Part shown: piece after piece, positions 18,875-27,557 of the stretch
How positions within the stretch are numbered: the stretch's first letter is position 1
How the letters are laid out: each line of letters begins with the position of its first letter
Assembly (NCBI GenBank): GCA_965248535.1
Contig: CBDFJR010000005.1
Coordinates: 672,001-736,000, forward strand
DNA length: 64,000 bases
Source of the DNA: Phormidesmis sp.
Lineage (GTDB): Bacteria; Cyanobacteriota; Cyanobacteriia; Leptolyngbyales; Leptolyngbyaceae
Reading direction: 5' to 3'
The notes under the pieces: model-generated
Seen by the model: the letters and a program-made list of their open reading frames with translations, nothing else
What the model was told of the DNA's origin: nothing
Database searches by the model: none
Translations under genes and position numbers: made by a program

Positions 18875-20668
18875 ATGCCATCTCCAATTCCCTTAGACAC
18901 TTTGCTGCACAATCGCTATCGAATTATTAAAGTGCTCAGACCTAGAGACTATGGCTGGGCTTATGTTGCAGAAGACTTGAAGCGATCGGGTCAGCCCTGC
19001 ATTTTAGAAGAATTTATTCCCCTTAACCCTGACGAGATCGAAGCCATCAGAGAACGGTTTCAGCAAAGCGTGTGCCCCTTGTCAGAGTTACGTCATCCTC
19101 AAATTCCGCGCTTTAGAGTCGTGATTATTCACCCTTTGGCAGCCTCCGATCGCCGCTTATTTTGGGTCAGAGACTTCGTAACGGGCTACACCTATCGATC
19201 ATTGCTCAAGCAACGGTTGGCCCAAGGCTATGTGTTTTCAGAAACAGAGGTGCTCAATCTGCTGCTCAAGGTGTTGCCTGTGTTGGGCGACCTGCACGCC
19301 TATGGTCTGATTCATCAAAATCTCAATCTCGATAGCATTGTGCGGCGATCGTCCGATCAGTTGCCTGTCTTAATTCAGTTTGGGCTGGTGCGAGACGTGG
19401 CGCTGATGCTGCTGACTGCCCACCATCCAGGAGTCCATTGGGGCTATGCACCTCTAGAGCAGCGATCGGGCGATCGGGTGGCACGAGATAGCGACTTTTA
19501 TGCTCTGGCGGCGATCGCAGTCGTGTTGCTCACCGGGCGAGAGCCAGAAGACCTTTATGACGAACAAACTCAGCGCTGGTCTTGGCAAGAATGGGCGGCA
19601 GTTAGCCCCCAGTTTGCCCAAGTTTTAGAGCGGATGCTGTCGCCAGAGCCAGGGGATCGATATGCGATCGCGGGCAAGGTGGTTCAGTCTTTAAAAAAGC
19701 TGACGGTGCCACAGACTTCTGACTGGAGGGGGCGATCGTTGAAATCAAAAAAAGCCCAAGCCACTCATCCTGCTGCGGTTGAATCTCCGATTTGGCAAGA
19801 TCTATCGTTTGTGATTCTGGTGTCTGTGTTTTTCGGGCTAACTGGGATCGCAGGCTGGCGACTTCTCTCTGGGTTGCAGCCTGACCCGTCGGGCACCACG
19901 GCCGCCCAAAACGTCTCACCAGATCTTGACCATGAGCAAAAAATCCAGGAAGCCTTGCGCGACGATCGTCAGCGATTGGGAATCTCGTTCAACTGGTTTA
20001 CTAGCCTGGTAGATGAGTTGTTTTATGCCCAGCATCCTGAATGGCACAACCGCAGCCTCAACACTGATCCCAACGCTAACCAGGGTCGGGCTGAATGGAA
20101 CGCCTTAGCTGAAACGGTCTTAAAAAAGCTAGAAACCTTGAGCCAAAACGCCCGCAGCAATCTAGGTCGTTACGATCGCTCTAGCTATAACGCTTGGTTA
20201 GCCGAAGCCAATCAACTCAAGGTGAGCGGTCGATCGCTCTCAACTTTGACCGATGCCCGATTTGTCTCTTTATTTCCTCAGCAGAGCAAACCCCTTAACC
20301 CTCGTAAATCTGGCCAGGTCTGGTATGCGATCGCCCATGACCAGGTGAGCGCTTTTCGTGACAAATCTGCGTTAAAGCGCATCAGCACCCAACCCTTTAA
20401 TGACCAAGACATCCTCAAACTGGGGCAAGGAAGGGTTTATCTCTTGCAGATCAATCAGGGGCAGACGCTGCACATCGCGCTCAAAGCGCCCGATCGGGCA
20501 ACTCGATTATCCCTATTTCCGTTTCACGAGGCACCCCCTCTTTTGCAAGATTCTTCTGAACAAATTTGGTCAGCTAAAGTGAACAAACCCGGCAGTTATG
20601 AACTGGTGATTGCGGCTCAAACGACTGAATCTGTCAGCTACCAACTTTTGGTTAAAACAGGGAGTTGA
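18875..20668 (+). CDS. Membrane-anchored Ser/Thr kinase-like protein with degenerate catalytic motifs (pseudokinase)
   Basis: Hanks-type layout (NRYRIIKVL, HPQIPRF, GYAPLEQ, SDFYAL, LLTGREP), one TM segment (FVILVSVFFGLTGIAGW), C-terminal beta-rich domain. Confidence 0.88.
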   Translation: MPSPIPLDTLLHNRYRIIKVLRPRDYGWAYVAEDLKRSGQPCILEEFIPLNPDEIEAIRERFQQSVCPLSELRHPQIPRFRVVIIHPLAASDRRLFWVRDFVTGYTYRSLLKQRLAQGYVFSETEVLNLLLKVLPVLGDLHAYGLIHQNLNLDSIVRRSSDQLPVLIQFGLVRDVALMLLTAHHPGVHWGYAPLEQRSGDRVARDSDFYALAAIAVVLLTGREPEDLYDEQTQRWSWQEWAAVSPQFAQVLERMLSPEPGDRYAIAGKVVQSLKKLTVPQTSDWRGRSLKSKKAQATHPAAVESPIWQDLSFVILVSVFFGLTGIAGWRLLSGLQPDPSGTTAAQNVSPDLDHEQKIQEALRDDRQRLGISFNWFTSLVDELFYAQHPEWHNRSLNTDPNANQGRAEWNALAETVLKKLETLSQNARSNLGRYDRSSYNAWLAEANQLKVSGRSLSTLTDARFVSLFPQQSKPLNPRKSGQVWYAIAHDQVSAFRDKSALKRISTQPFNDQDILKLGQGRVYLLQINQGQTLHIALKAPDRATRLSLFPFHEAPPLLQDSSEQIWSAKVNKPGSYELVIAAQTTESVSYQLLVKTGS

Positions 20669-20730
20669 TTTTTTGGCATTTTTGAGAGATGGTCACCATA
20701 TCAAGTGGTGAGTTTTAAGAGGAGACGATC

Positions 20731-21255
20731 ATGCATTTTGATCAAAACAGACGGTTTGGCGTGGTGGGCGCGATCGCCATCAGCACATTGACCGCTTTAT
20801 ATGCCAACCAGAGTCCTGTGTCGTTTGCCCTTCAGCCAGAAATCACGTCCCAAGTTTTGACCTCTACCCCAAAAGATCTCCAACAAAAAAGCGCCCCGCT
20901 CAAGGTCGGTTCGCTTAAAGAGTTGCAGGGAGATCAAACCTGTCGCGGCACTGGGGGCATTATGACCTATGCCGAAACCAACCATTATTTGGTTTATATC
21001 TGCTCAGATCAAAAAGATCCTAGTCAGCCCCGCTATTATCGAAGTCGCGATCGTCGCAATCACAACAGCACCCTCAACCTAGAAGCCACGAACTATAACC
21101 CTCGTCAAATGCGATATTTTGAGTTTAAAAACAAGGGCTACACCTACGTGCTGCAAATGCCCATGGCTCAGATTCCTAACCCAGTGCTAGCGATTGAGTT
21201 CCCCAGCGGCAAGCGAGTCGAGGAGCGCATCTTACGCTATCTGGCAAAAAGTTAG
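20731..21255 (+). CDS. Secreted hypothetical protein
   Basis: Signal-like N-terminus; YAETNHYLVYICS...YYRSRD motif; GAGGAG RBS. Confidence 0.82.
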   Translation: MHFDQNRRFGVVGAIAISTLTALYANQSPVSFALQPEITSQVLTSTPKDLQQKSAPLKVGSLKELQGDQTCRGTGGIMTYAETNHYLVYICSDQKDPSQPRYYRSRDRRNHNSTLNLEATNYNPRQMRYFEFKNKGYTYVLQMPMAQIPNPVLAIEFPSGKRVEERILRYLAKS

Positions 21256-21303
21256 GCAATCTTGTCAATCGGTTCGTCATCGGTTGCATTCAGACTCGGC
21301 GAT

Positions 21304-22101
21304 CTAATTCAAACTCAGGGCCAACTGCAACTCAGGAGAGGCACCCAGAGACGCGGGTAGGGGCGTTGGCTCTGGGCTGACCGCAGGGCAATAGCGGGCA
21401 TAAGCACAGCGATCGCACTGCTTTCCGGGGGTTGGCTCCCAAGTCTGATCTTCTCGTAGACGCACCGCCAGATTAGAAATCACCTTCTGCACCTGTTTTT
21501 TGTGCTTGCGGGTAGCGCGAAACCGCACCATTTCTCCCGTTCGCAAAAACAGCAGGCTCAGATATTTCAGGCTTTTTTGGTAGGTCTGCTCTAGGGCTAG
21601 GTAATATAGCCCAATTTGCAGATCCATCTCATTGGGGTCGGGCAATTTAAAGTCTCGGCTCGATTTGTAGTCGATGAGTTCTAAGCCGTCGCTGAGGTAG
21701 TCGATTCTGTCATAGCGCCCCGTGACGCAAAATTCTAGATTTTCGACTTGCAGATAAGCGTGAATTTTGCCTTCAACTGCCAAGGGCTGCCGCAGCGACG
21801 ATTCTGTCGCGACAAACTTTTGATAATAGCCCTCTAGAATGTCTTTGCCTTCTAGAATCTGGTTAGCGGTCAACCCAGTTGAGTGATCATCCCAGCAGCG
21901 GTAGACCCAGTGCAGTTCAGGAATCGGGTCGTTATAGTGCCAATCTCGATGAAATTTTGCAAGTGCCTGATGTAGAGCAGACCCCAGCGCCGCAGAGCCA
22001 AAAAATTCGTTAGAACTCAGCCGTCTCTCATAGCGCAGATAGTAAGCATAAGGGCAGCGATTGTAAGCCTGGAGCTTGGTTGCAGAAATTTGGTAGGTCA
22101 T
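21304..22101 (-). CDS. PD-(D/E)XK nuclease, RecB/AddB/Cas4-like, with four Cys (putative Fe-S cluster)
   Basis: SATKLQAYNRCP, GSALHQAL, VE, GRYDRID, IDYKS, QIGLY, CDRCAYARYCP. Confidence 0.9.
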   Translation of the reverse strand: MTYQISATKLQAYNRCPYAYYLRYERRLSSNEFFGSAALGSALHQALAKFHRDWHYNDPIPELHWVYRCWDDHSTGLTANQILEGKDILEGYYQKFVATESSLRQPLAVEGKIHAYLQVENLEFCVTGRYDRIDYLSDGLELIDYKSSRDFKLPDPNEMDLQIGLYYLALEQTYQKSLKYLSLLFLRTGEMVRFRATRKHKKQVQKVISNLAVRLREDQTWEPTPGKQCDRCAYARYCPAVSPEPTPLPASLGASPELQLALSLN

Positions 22102-22160
22102 AGCCCAACGATCGCAATAACAGGGTGGTAGGGATTGAGCGGTCGAACATTAAACGGGCG

Positions 22161-22373
22161 TTAAACTGGCTCGACGGTGCGCTTAAACAAAGAGTCGAGG
22201 TAGATGCGGGCAGTTTGACGATCGTTGGTCGTGCGGTTTTGCAGCAAAAATAACGAAAGCGCTGCCGAAAATACGCGGTCTTGATCCCAATCGGGGCGCG
22301 CCTCGACAAAGGTCATAAATGATTGGTGCAGAGATTCAGGAATTTCGACCAAGATGCTGATGTTGCTGTCCAT
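22161..22373 (-). CDS. DUF2811 domain protein
   Basis: ISILVEIPESLHQSFMTFVEARPDWDQDRVFSAALSLFLLQN...ARIYLDSLF; GAGG RBS. Confidence 0.85.
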   Translation of the reverse strand: MDSNISILVEIPESLHQSFMTFVEARPDWDQDRVFSAALSLFLLQNRTTNDRQTARIYLDSLFKRTVEPV

Positions 22374-22708
22374 GAAAAACCTCGTTGTGAATGCAGGACG
22401 GAAATGAATGGCAAAACCTGATTTTTAAGCACAAATCTGCCAGCAGAAATTTGCGCCTCAAACTTCTCTAAGGTCACCCCTCCTAAGGTTCCGTTTCTTG
22501 CAGGAGGTGAGGTTGATAGAGGTCTGAATGCTTCAGGTCAGTCGCTATATCTTGCGCGATCGTCCCCAAAATTACAACGTTAAGGAAGGTAAAGAGACGC
22601 TTAAGAGTAAAAAACTATCAACGAGAGAATCAGGCTTTCAGGCTCTTTTTCGTTACATAGCTTTATAAAGACCGGACTTTGCCCCAGAGTTGACGAGGGC
22701 GATCGCAG

Positions 22709-22837
22709 TTATCCACAGGCGAACCGATCAAGCCGATCAGAAGCCGATCTCCTGTGGAAAACTTTTAAAAGGGTGGGGAAAACCTGGGGAAAAGCTATTA
22801 AACATCTGTGGAATGAATGTGGAATCGCTGGGGAAAA
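22709..22837. promoter_or_regulatory. Cluster of DnaA-box-like 9-mers (candidate oriC or DnaA-binding locus)
   Basis: TTATCCACA at 22709; opposite orientation TGTGGAAAA 22753, TGGGGAAAA 22774/22785/22829, TGTGGAATG 22807, TGTGGAATC 22818. Confidence 0.7.
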
Positions 22838-22845
22838 GCTCGGCT

Positions 22846-22863
22846 AATGTAAAGTTTTGTAAC
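22846..22863 (-). promoter_or_regulatory. HLR1 (RpaB-binding) direct repeat
   Basis: Minus strand GTTACAAA-AC-TTTACATT fits (G/T)TTACA(T/A)(T/A)-N2-(G/T)TTACA(T/A)(T/A) exactly. Confidence 0.6.
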
Positions 22864-23136
22864 ATTTTGGGTTCCCGATCGAGAAATCTAGATTTCTCAA
22901 CATTGTTAGGGAACCCTAATAGGACTTTACTCTCCAAGCGGCTTTCTCAGTAATTCTACCCTTATCAAACTGAGTCAGAAGGGCCTATCGAAAGCTGCTT
23001 TCTCTCAAGCCTGTAGTCGATAGTACGGGCGATCCGGAGACATTGACTCGTTTAGCCCACCAAACAAAACGCCCAGACAAGAGCGTCTGAGCGATCGGCT
23101 ACCCGTATTCAAGAACGCGATCGCCACACCGTGACG

Positions 23137-23676
23137 CTAACAGAGGCGCTTCTCTAAATATTGACCAATCATCTGCTGTTCGCCTGCACGCGAAATAATG
23201 GTTTGACGGGTGCGATATTTGGTGCCCACCAGCTTTAACTCTTCTTCAAACACCGAGTCTTTATATTCTGTTTTGAGACACAGCGTTTCAGGATTGGTGA
23301 AATAAAACTCAGCCGTCACGGGTTTTGGGGTGGCAAAGCCCCGATCGCGATACAGCGTCGTTCCTAATACTCCAAACAGAGTCGAGCCTTTAGACTCTTT
23401 TTGACCCGAAACCGAGTTTTTGCTATCCCATGTTACGGCGGCTCCGCAGGTCATCACCGTTAGGTCATCCAGGCTATGGAGTCGAGCCAGTTCAGCCAAC
23501 TCTAAACATCCTGGCTCTAAAAAGCGAATCTTGACCAGACTCACCATCTCTTTAGGTTCCCCGTCTGGTAACGTGTAATAGCGCCGCTCTGAGCGCCACT
23601 CACCCACTGACTGTTGAAAAAAAGCAGCAATCAGAGATTCGTTGATCGTCGATTGAGACTGTAGGGATAATGTCAC
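23137..23676 (-). CDS. Phycobiliprotein lyase, CpcS/CpeS family
   Basis: FFQQSVGEWRSERRYY, LYRDRGF, FEEE...RTRQT beta-barrel pattern. Confidence 0.85.
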   Translation of the reverse strand: MTLSLQSQSTINESLIAAFFQQSVGEWRSERRYYTLPDGEPKEMVSLVKIRFLEPGCLELAELARLHSLDDLTVMTCGAAVTWDSKNSVSGQKESKGSTLFGVLGTTLYRDRGFATPKPVTAEFYFTNPETLCLKTEYKDSVFEEELKLVGTKYRTRQTIISRAGEQQMIGQYLEKRLC

Positions 23677-23941
23677 GAAAGTAGCTCCTCAAGAGAATAA
23701 AGGGCAGTGAGCAAAAAGCCATCCGCTACAACTGAGCAGCGCTTTTATCTGCATTTTTGTGGGCAACCACACCGATTCTGTTACGATTCTTAATGTACCG
23801 CATAAGCTCTAGTGCGTGCTTCCCCTTAGAGAAGGATTTTGGCGCTGCCATTTTGGGCGATCGAGCGGCGCTGAGTGACATTTCTCTACTGGAGATTGCG
23901 GTTTTCACGGTTTGCCCGATTCACCTATCCCCCTCAGATTG

Positions 23942-24853
23942 ATGCCAGTACTTGAGGTGCGACACCTCCAAAAAACTTATCGATCGTCTCGCAAGCAGCT
24001 AACTCAAGCGGTGCGTGATGTCTCTCTCACTATTGCCCAGCAAGAAGTGTTGGCATTTTTAGGGCCAAACGGAGCCGGAAAAACCACCACGATCAAAATG
24101 ATTGCGGGGTTGATTTTGCCCGATCGCGGCGAGGTCACCATTAATGGACGTGATCCCCACCGCGATGCCCAGGCTTTGCGATCGCTCGGAGCCGTTTTAG
24201 AAGGCAACCGCAATCTCTATTGGCGACTAACTCCGGTCGAGAATCTAGAATATTTTGGTGTGCTGCGCGGCCTCAGCCAAAAAGTGGCTCGACAGCGTGG
24301 ACGCGAACTTTTAGAACGGTTTGAGCTATCCCACAAGCGCCAAGCTCCCGTGCAGACGCTATCGCGAGGAATGCAGCAAAAACTAGCGATCGCCGTGGCG
24401 CTGATTCACGAACCTCAACTACTGCTGCTCGACGAGCCAACGTTGGGGCTAGATGTCGAAGCTACTCAAACGGTCAAACGTCTGATTCGAGAAATTGCCA
24501 GCGAGGGACGAGCCATTCTGTTGACGACTCACCAATTGGATATTGCCGAAGAACTCTCCGATCGGGTGGCGATTATCAATCAGGGCGCGATCGTCGCCGA
24601 AGAATCGACTGGGGAACTGATTCGCCGATTTTCTGGCAGTGCCTATGTTGTGGAATTAGAGCAGGAGTTAGACGGCGATCGTCTCAGCAAGATTCACAAT
24701 TTGGGCGCGATCGTCAACGGAAAAACGATTCTAATTCGAGAGTCAGAACTGCTATACGCCATCTTGCACATTCTCCAACCGCTTCCCCTAGTCCGGGTGG
24801 CCAAAGAGCAAGCAAATCTGACTGACGTTTTTCTACAGCTTATTCAAACTTAA
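23942..24853 (+). CDS. ABC transporter ATP-binding protein (ABC-2 exporter)
   Basis: GPNGAGKTT, LSRGMQQK, LLLLDEPT, TTH. Confidence 0.95.
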   Translation: MPVLEVRHLQKTYRSSRKQLTQAVRDVSLTIAQQEVLAFLGPNGAGKTTTIKMIAGLILPDRGEVTINGRDPHRDAQALRSLGAVLEGNRNLYWRLTPVENLEYFGVLRGLSQKVARQRGRELLERFELSHKRQAPVQTLSRGMQQKLAIAVALIHEPQLLLLDEPTLGLDVEATQTVKRLIREIASEGRAILLTTHQLDIAEELSDRVAIINQGAIVAEESTGELIRRFSGSAYVVELEQELDGDRLSKIHNLGAIVNGKTILIRESELLYAILHILQPLPLVRVAKEQANLTDVFLQLIQT

Positions 24854-24864
24854 TCCGAGTCACT

Positions 24865-25638
24865 GTGTTGAAATTATTTCTAGCCGAAGTTAAACGGAGT
24901 TGGATTCAGTTTATTCGCTACCCTGCCGAAGCGATCGGGGGCATTTTTATCATCAGCGCTCTGTTTTATGGCTTGTTTCTCGGTGCTACCTATGTCGCGG
25001 GGTCAAGCATCAAACTCGGCGATCGACTTGACTCGATCATCGTTGGCTATATGCTGTGGACGCTGGTGACGTTTGTGCTTTTCGACATTGCCGGAACGCT
25101 GCAAAACGAAGCCCAAACCGGAACCCTTGAGCAGCTATTTATTTCGCCGTTTGGGGCATCTCGCGTTTTTTTGACTCGTGCGATCGCTAACTTGATGATT
25201 CAGTTTGTTTTAATCACCACAATTTTGCTGATCATCATGTCCCTCACAGGGCGCTGGCTGTCGTTTCCTCCCACGTTGATCTTTCCATTAATCTCTGTGT
25301 TGCTAGGAGCGTATGGACTATCGTTTGCGATCGGATCTTTGGCCCTAGTGCTAAAACGCATTCAGCAGCTATTGGGAATCTTTCAGTTTGCGCTACTATT
25401 TTTGTTAAGCGCCCCGACCGAAACCTGGACAGGCTCTTTAAAGACCTTGGGGTGGCTATTGCCCATGACCACCGGGGCAGGGCTGCTCAGAGACTTAATC
25501 GCCCGTCAACAGCCCCTCAATTTGCCTCAGCTTGGCGTGGCTCTGCTCAACGGCGGCGGCTATTTGGCGCTGGGGCTGACCTTATTTGGGCTTGCCGAAC
25601 GGGAAACTAAGCGCCGAGGCAGACTAGGCGGCTATTGA
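24865..25638 (+). CDS. ABC-2 type permease
   Basis: About six hydrophobic segments, EAQTGTLEQL motif, follows the ATPase gene. Confidence 0.9.
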   Translation: MLKLFLAEVKRSWIQFIRYPAEAIGGIFIISALFYGLFLGATYVAGSSIKLGDRLDSIIVGYMLWTLVTFVLFDIAGTLQNEAQTGTLEQLFISPFGASRVFLTRAIANLMIQFVLITTILLIIMSLTGRWLSFPPTLIFPLISVLLGAYGLSFAIGSLALVLKRIQQLLGIFQFALLFLLSAPTETWTGSLKTLGWLLPMTTGAGLLRDLIARQQPLNLPQLGVALLNGGGYLALGLTLFGLAERETKRRGRLGGY

Positions 25639-25729
25639 ATGCTAAATTGCAAATCTGTCTATAGGCAAACAGACAACGCGATCAAAATCAGTTATCTTCC
25701 TGCTAAATGATAGTCAAGGAAAGATTCTA

Positions 25730-26443
25730 GTGTTTCCGATCAGCGATGACAACCCAACGCGCATCACCCCTTATGTCACCTATGGGCTGATCGCCCTCAA
25801 TGTCTTGGTTTTTATCTACCAGTTGACCCTGACCCCACAGCAACTAGAGTCGTTTTTCTTCACTTGGGCGGTGATTCCTAAACAGTTAAGCGAAAGTTTT
25901 AGAGGCGCTGCAAGTCCTTCTGGCTTACCAGAGTGGATTACGCTGATCACCTCCCAATTCCTGCACGGGGGTTTTTTGCACATTGCTGGTAACATGCTGT
26001 TTTTGTGGATCTTTGGCAACAATGTCGAAGATCGGCTAGGGCACCTCAAGTTTTTAATCTTCTACATCGCTTGTGGGGTCTTAGCTGCCTTGAGTCAATG
26101 GTTCTTTTCAGCCGGGTCTGATGTGCCTTCGTTAGGGGCAAGTGGCGCGATCGCTGGGGTGATGGGAGCCTATATTCTGCGGTTTCCCAATGTGAAAGTG
26201 TTAACTATTATTCCTTTGGGCATTGTTCTCTTGCCCGTGCGAATTCCAGCCGTGTTCTATTTAGGGATTTGGTTTTTGCAGCAAGCTCTCTATGGCGTTG
26301 CCAGTCTGAGTGTGCGGACAAATATTGGCATGCAGGGCGGTGGGATCGCTTATTGGGCCCACGCTGGGGGGTTTGTGTTTGGCGCAGTGTTAGGGCCGCT
26401 GCTGGGTCTGTTTTCAGAAGATTCTGAAGCCCGATCGTATTGA
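25730..26443 (+). CDS. Rhomboid family intramembrane serine protease
   Basis: FLHGGFLHIAGNMLFLWIFGNNVEDRLG, GASGAIAG, AHAGGF. Confidence 0.95.
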   Translation: MFPISDDNPTRITPYVTYGLIALNVLVFIYQLTLTPQQLESFFFTWAVIPKQLSESFRGAASPSGLPEWITLITSQFLHGGFLHIAGNMLFLWIFGNNVEDRLGHLKFLIFYIACGVLAALSQWFFSAGSDVPSLGASGAIAGVMGAYILRFPNVKVLTIIPLGIVLLPVRIPAVFYLGIWFLQQALYGVASLSVRTNIGMQGGGIAYWAHAGGFVFGAVLGPLLGLFSEDSEARSY

Positions 26444-26782
26444 GGTGACTGCGATCGGACTTCACACGCTTAAAAGCGGCGGGTTGCCCGGCTTAGACCC
26501 TGTTGAAGAAATGCGTCGCCAGGTCTTGCAGTAGATCTCACCAAGACTGATAATTATAGAGAAATCTTCAGGTTTTGCGGGTTTGCTCCCTGTTCAAATC
26601 GAGCAAAACAACTAGGTCAACCCAAATCAATCGCTGGGGCCAGCCCGATCGAGCTACCCAGACGCTCTGTGATCAGCAAAGCAACCCATTGATTTGGTTA
26701 GATTAGTGGCTGTCTGAGCGATCGCATCAATACGCATTCTTGACACATTTCAAATCAGATAACATCCCAGGAGCAATGACAC

Positions 26783-27196
26783 ATGGGCGGTCTTATTAAA
26801 CTTATCAAAAACCTCTTTGGCGGCATCTTTTCCTTTTTAGGCGGGCTTATCGGCGGCAAAAAATCGATCGAAGGCAGCGCTCCTAAAACTCGCAAAAGCT
26901 CTGGCTATTTTCTAGAGTTAGACGAAGCTGAATCTATAAAAAAGCCCACCGTCAGCACTCCCGCAGCCACCCCTGTTGCGACCCTTAGCAAAGCAGCGCC
27001 GGCCGCCAGCAATGGCTCTGTTGCGGTTGCAGAAAAGCCCCGTGCGATCGCTGCTGTGGCGGTGGCTCAAAAGCCCGCAGCCTCACCTGAGTTTGCAACC
27101 AAATATTTAGTGCCCACCACCAATGGTAGTCGTCGTCGCCCCGGCGCAAACATGAATTCCTATCTCGACATGGCACGAGGCATGAAATCTAACTAG
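26783..27196 (+). CDS. Hypothetical low-complexity protein
   Basis: Amphipathic N-terminus, GYFLELD, C-terminal RRRPGANMNSYLDMAR; AGGAG RBS. Confidence 0.8.
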   Translation: MGGLIKLIKNLFGGIFSFLGGLIGGKKSIEGSAPKTRKSSGYFLELDEAESIKKPTVSTPAATPVATLSKAAPAASNGSVAVAEKPRAIAAVAVAQKPAASPEFATKYLVPTTNGSRRRPGANMNSYLDMARGMKSN

Positions 27197-27231
27197 ATTT
27201 CTAAACCTAAGATTTTTGACCCATAGTCGCT

Positions 27232-27270
27232 AAAAAAGCATCTCAGATCTACCGATCGAGATGCTTTTTT
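27232..27270. terminator. Bidirectional intrinsic terminator
   Basis: AAAAAAGCATCTC...GAGATGCTTTTTT between convergent genes. Confidence 0.8.
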
Positions 27271-27291
27271 GATCGGTGATTTGAAAGGTGA

Positions 27292-27474
27292 TTAATACAC
27301 TTCGGTTCTGCGCTCTTCTGTTTTTTGCAGCACCCAAATGGCATGAATCATACCCGGAACCCAACCCAAAATAGTCAGCAAGACGTTAATGAAAAAAGCT
27401 GAACTGATGCCAGTGTCAAGAAAAACAGCCAGAGGCGGCAAGACGATCGCCAACAAAAAACGAACAATTTTCAT
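27292..27474 (-). CDS. YqaE/Pmp3 family membrane protein
   Basis: LLAIVLPPLAVFL...INVLLTILGWVPGMIHAIWV. Confidence 0.93.
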   Translation of the reverse strand: MKIVRFLLAIVLPPLAVFLDTGISSAFFINVLLTILGWVPGMIHAIWVLQKTEERRTEVY

Positions 27475-27557
27475 AGAATTTTTACCCTACATCAGTTTTA
27501 ATCACGTCCAATAGCATTGTCTTTAATTTGGTTTGCTTTTAGCCTCCATCTCAAGGA

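Noticed and set aside
22690..22953. Overlapping 87-aa (+) and 66-aa (-) ORFs across the DnaA-box array
   Set aside because: Composition simply reflects the repeats; no RBS or protein motif.
21304..23137. CRISPR-Cas interpretation of the Cas4-like gene and nearby repeats
   Set aside because: The repeats are 9-mers at ~11-bp period with no unique spacers; no cas1/cas2 or effector genes.
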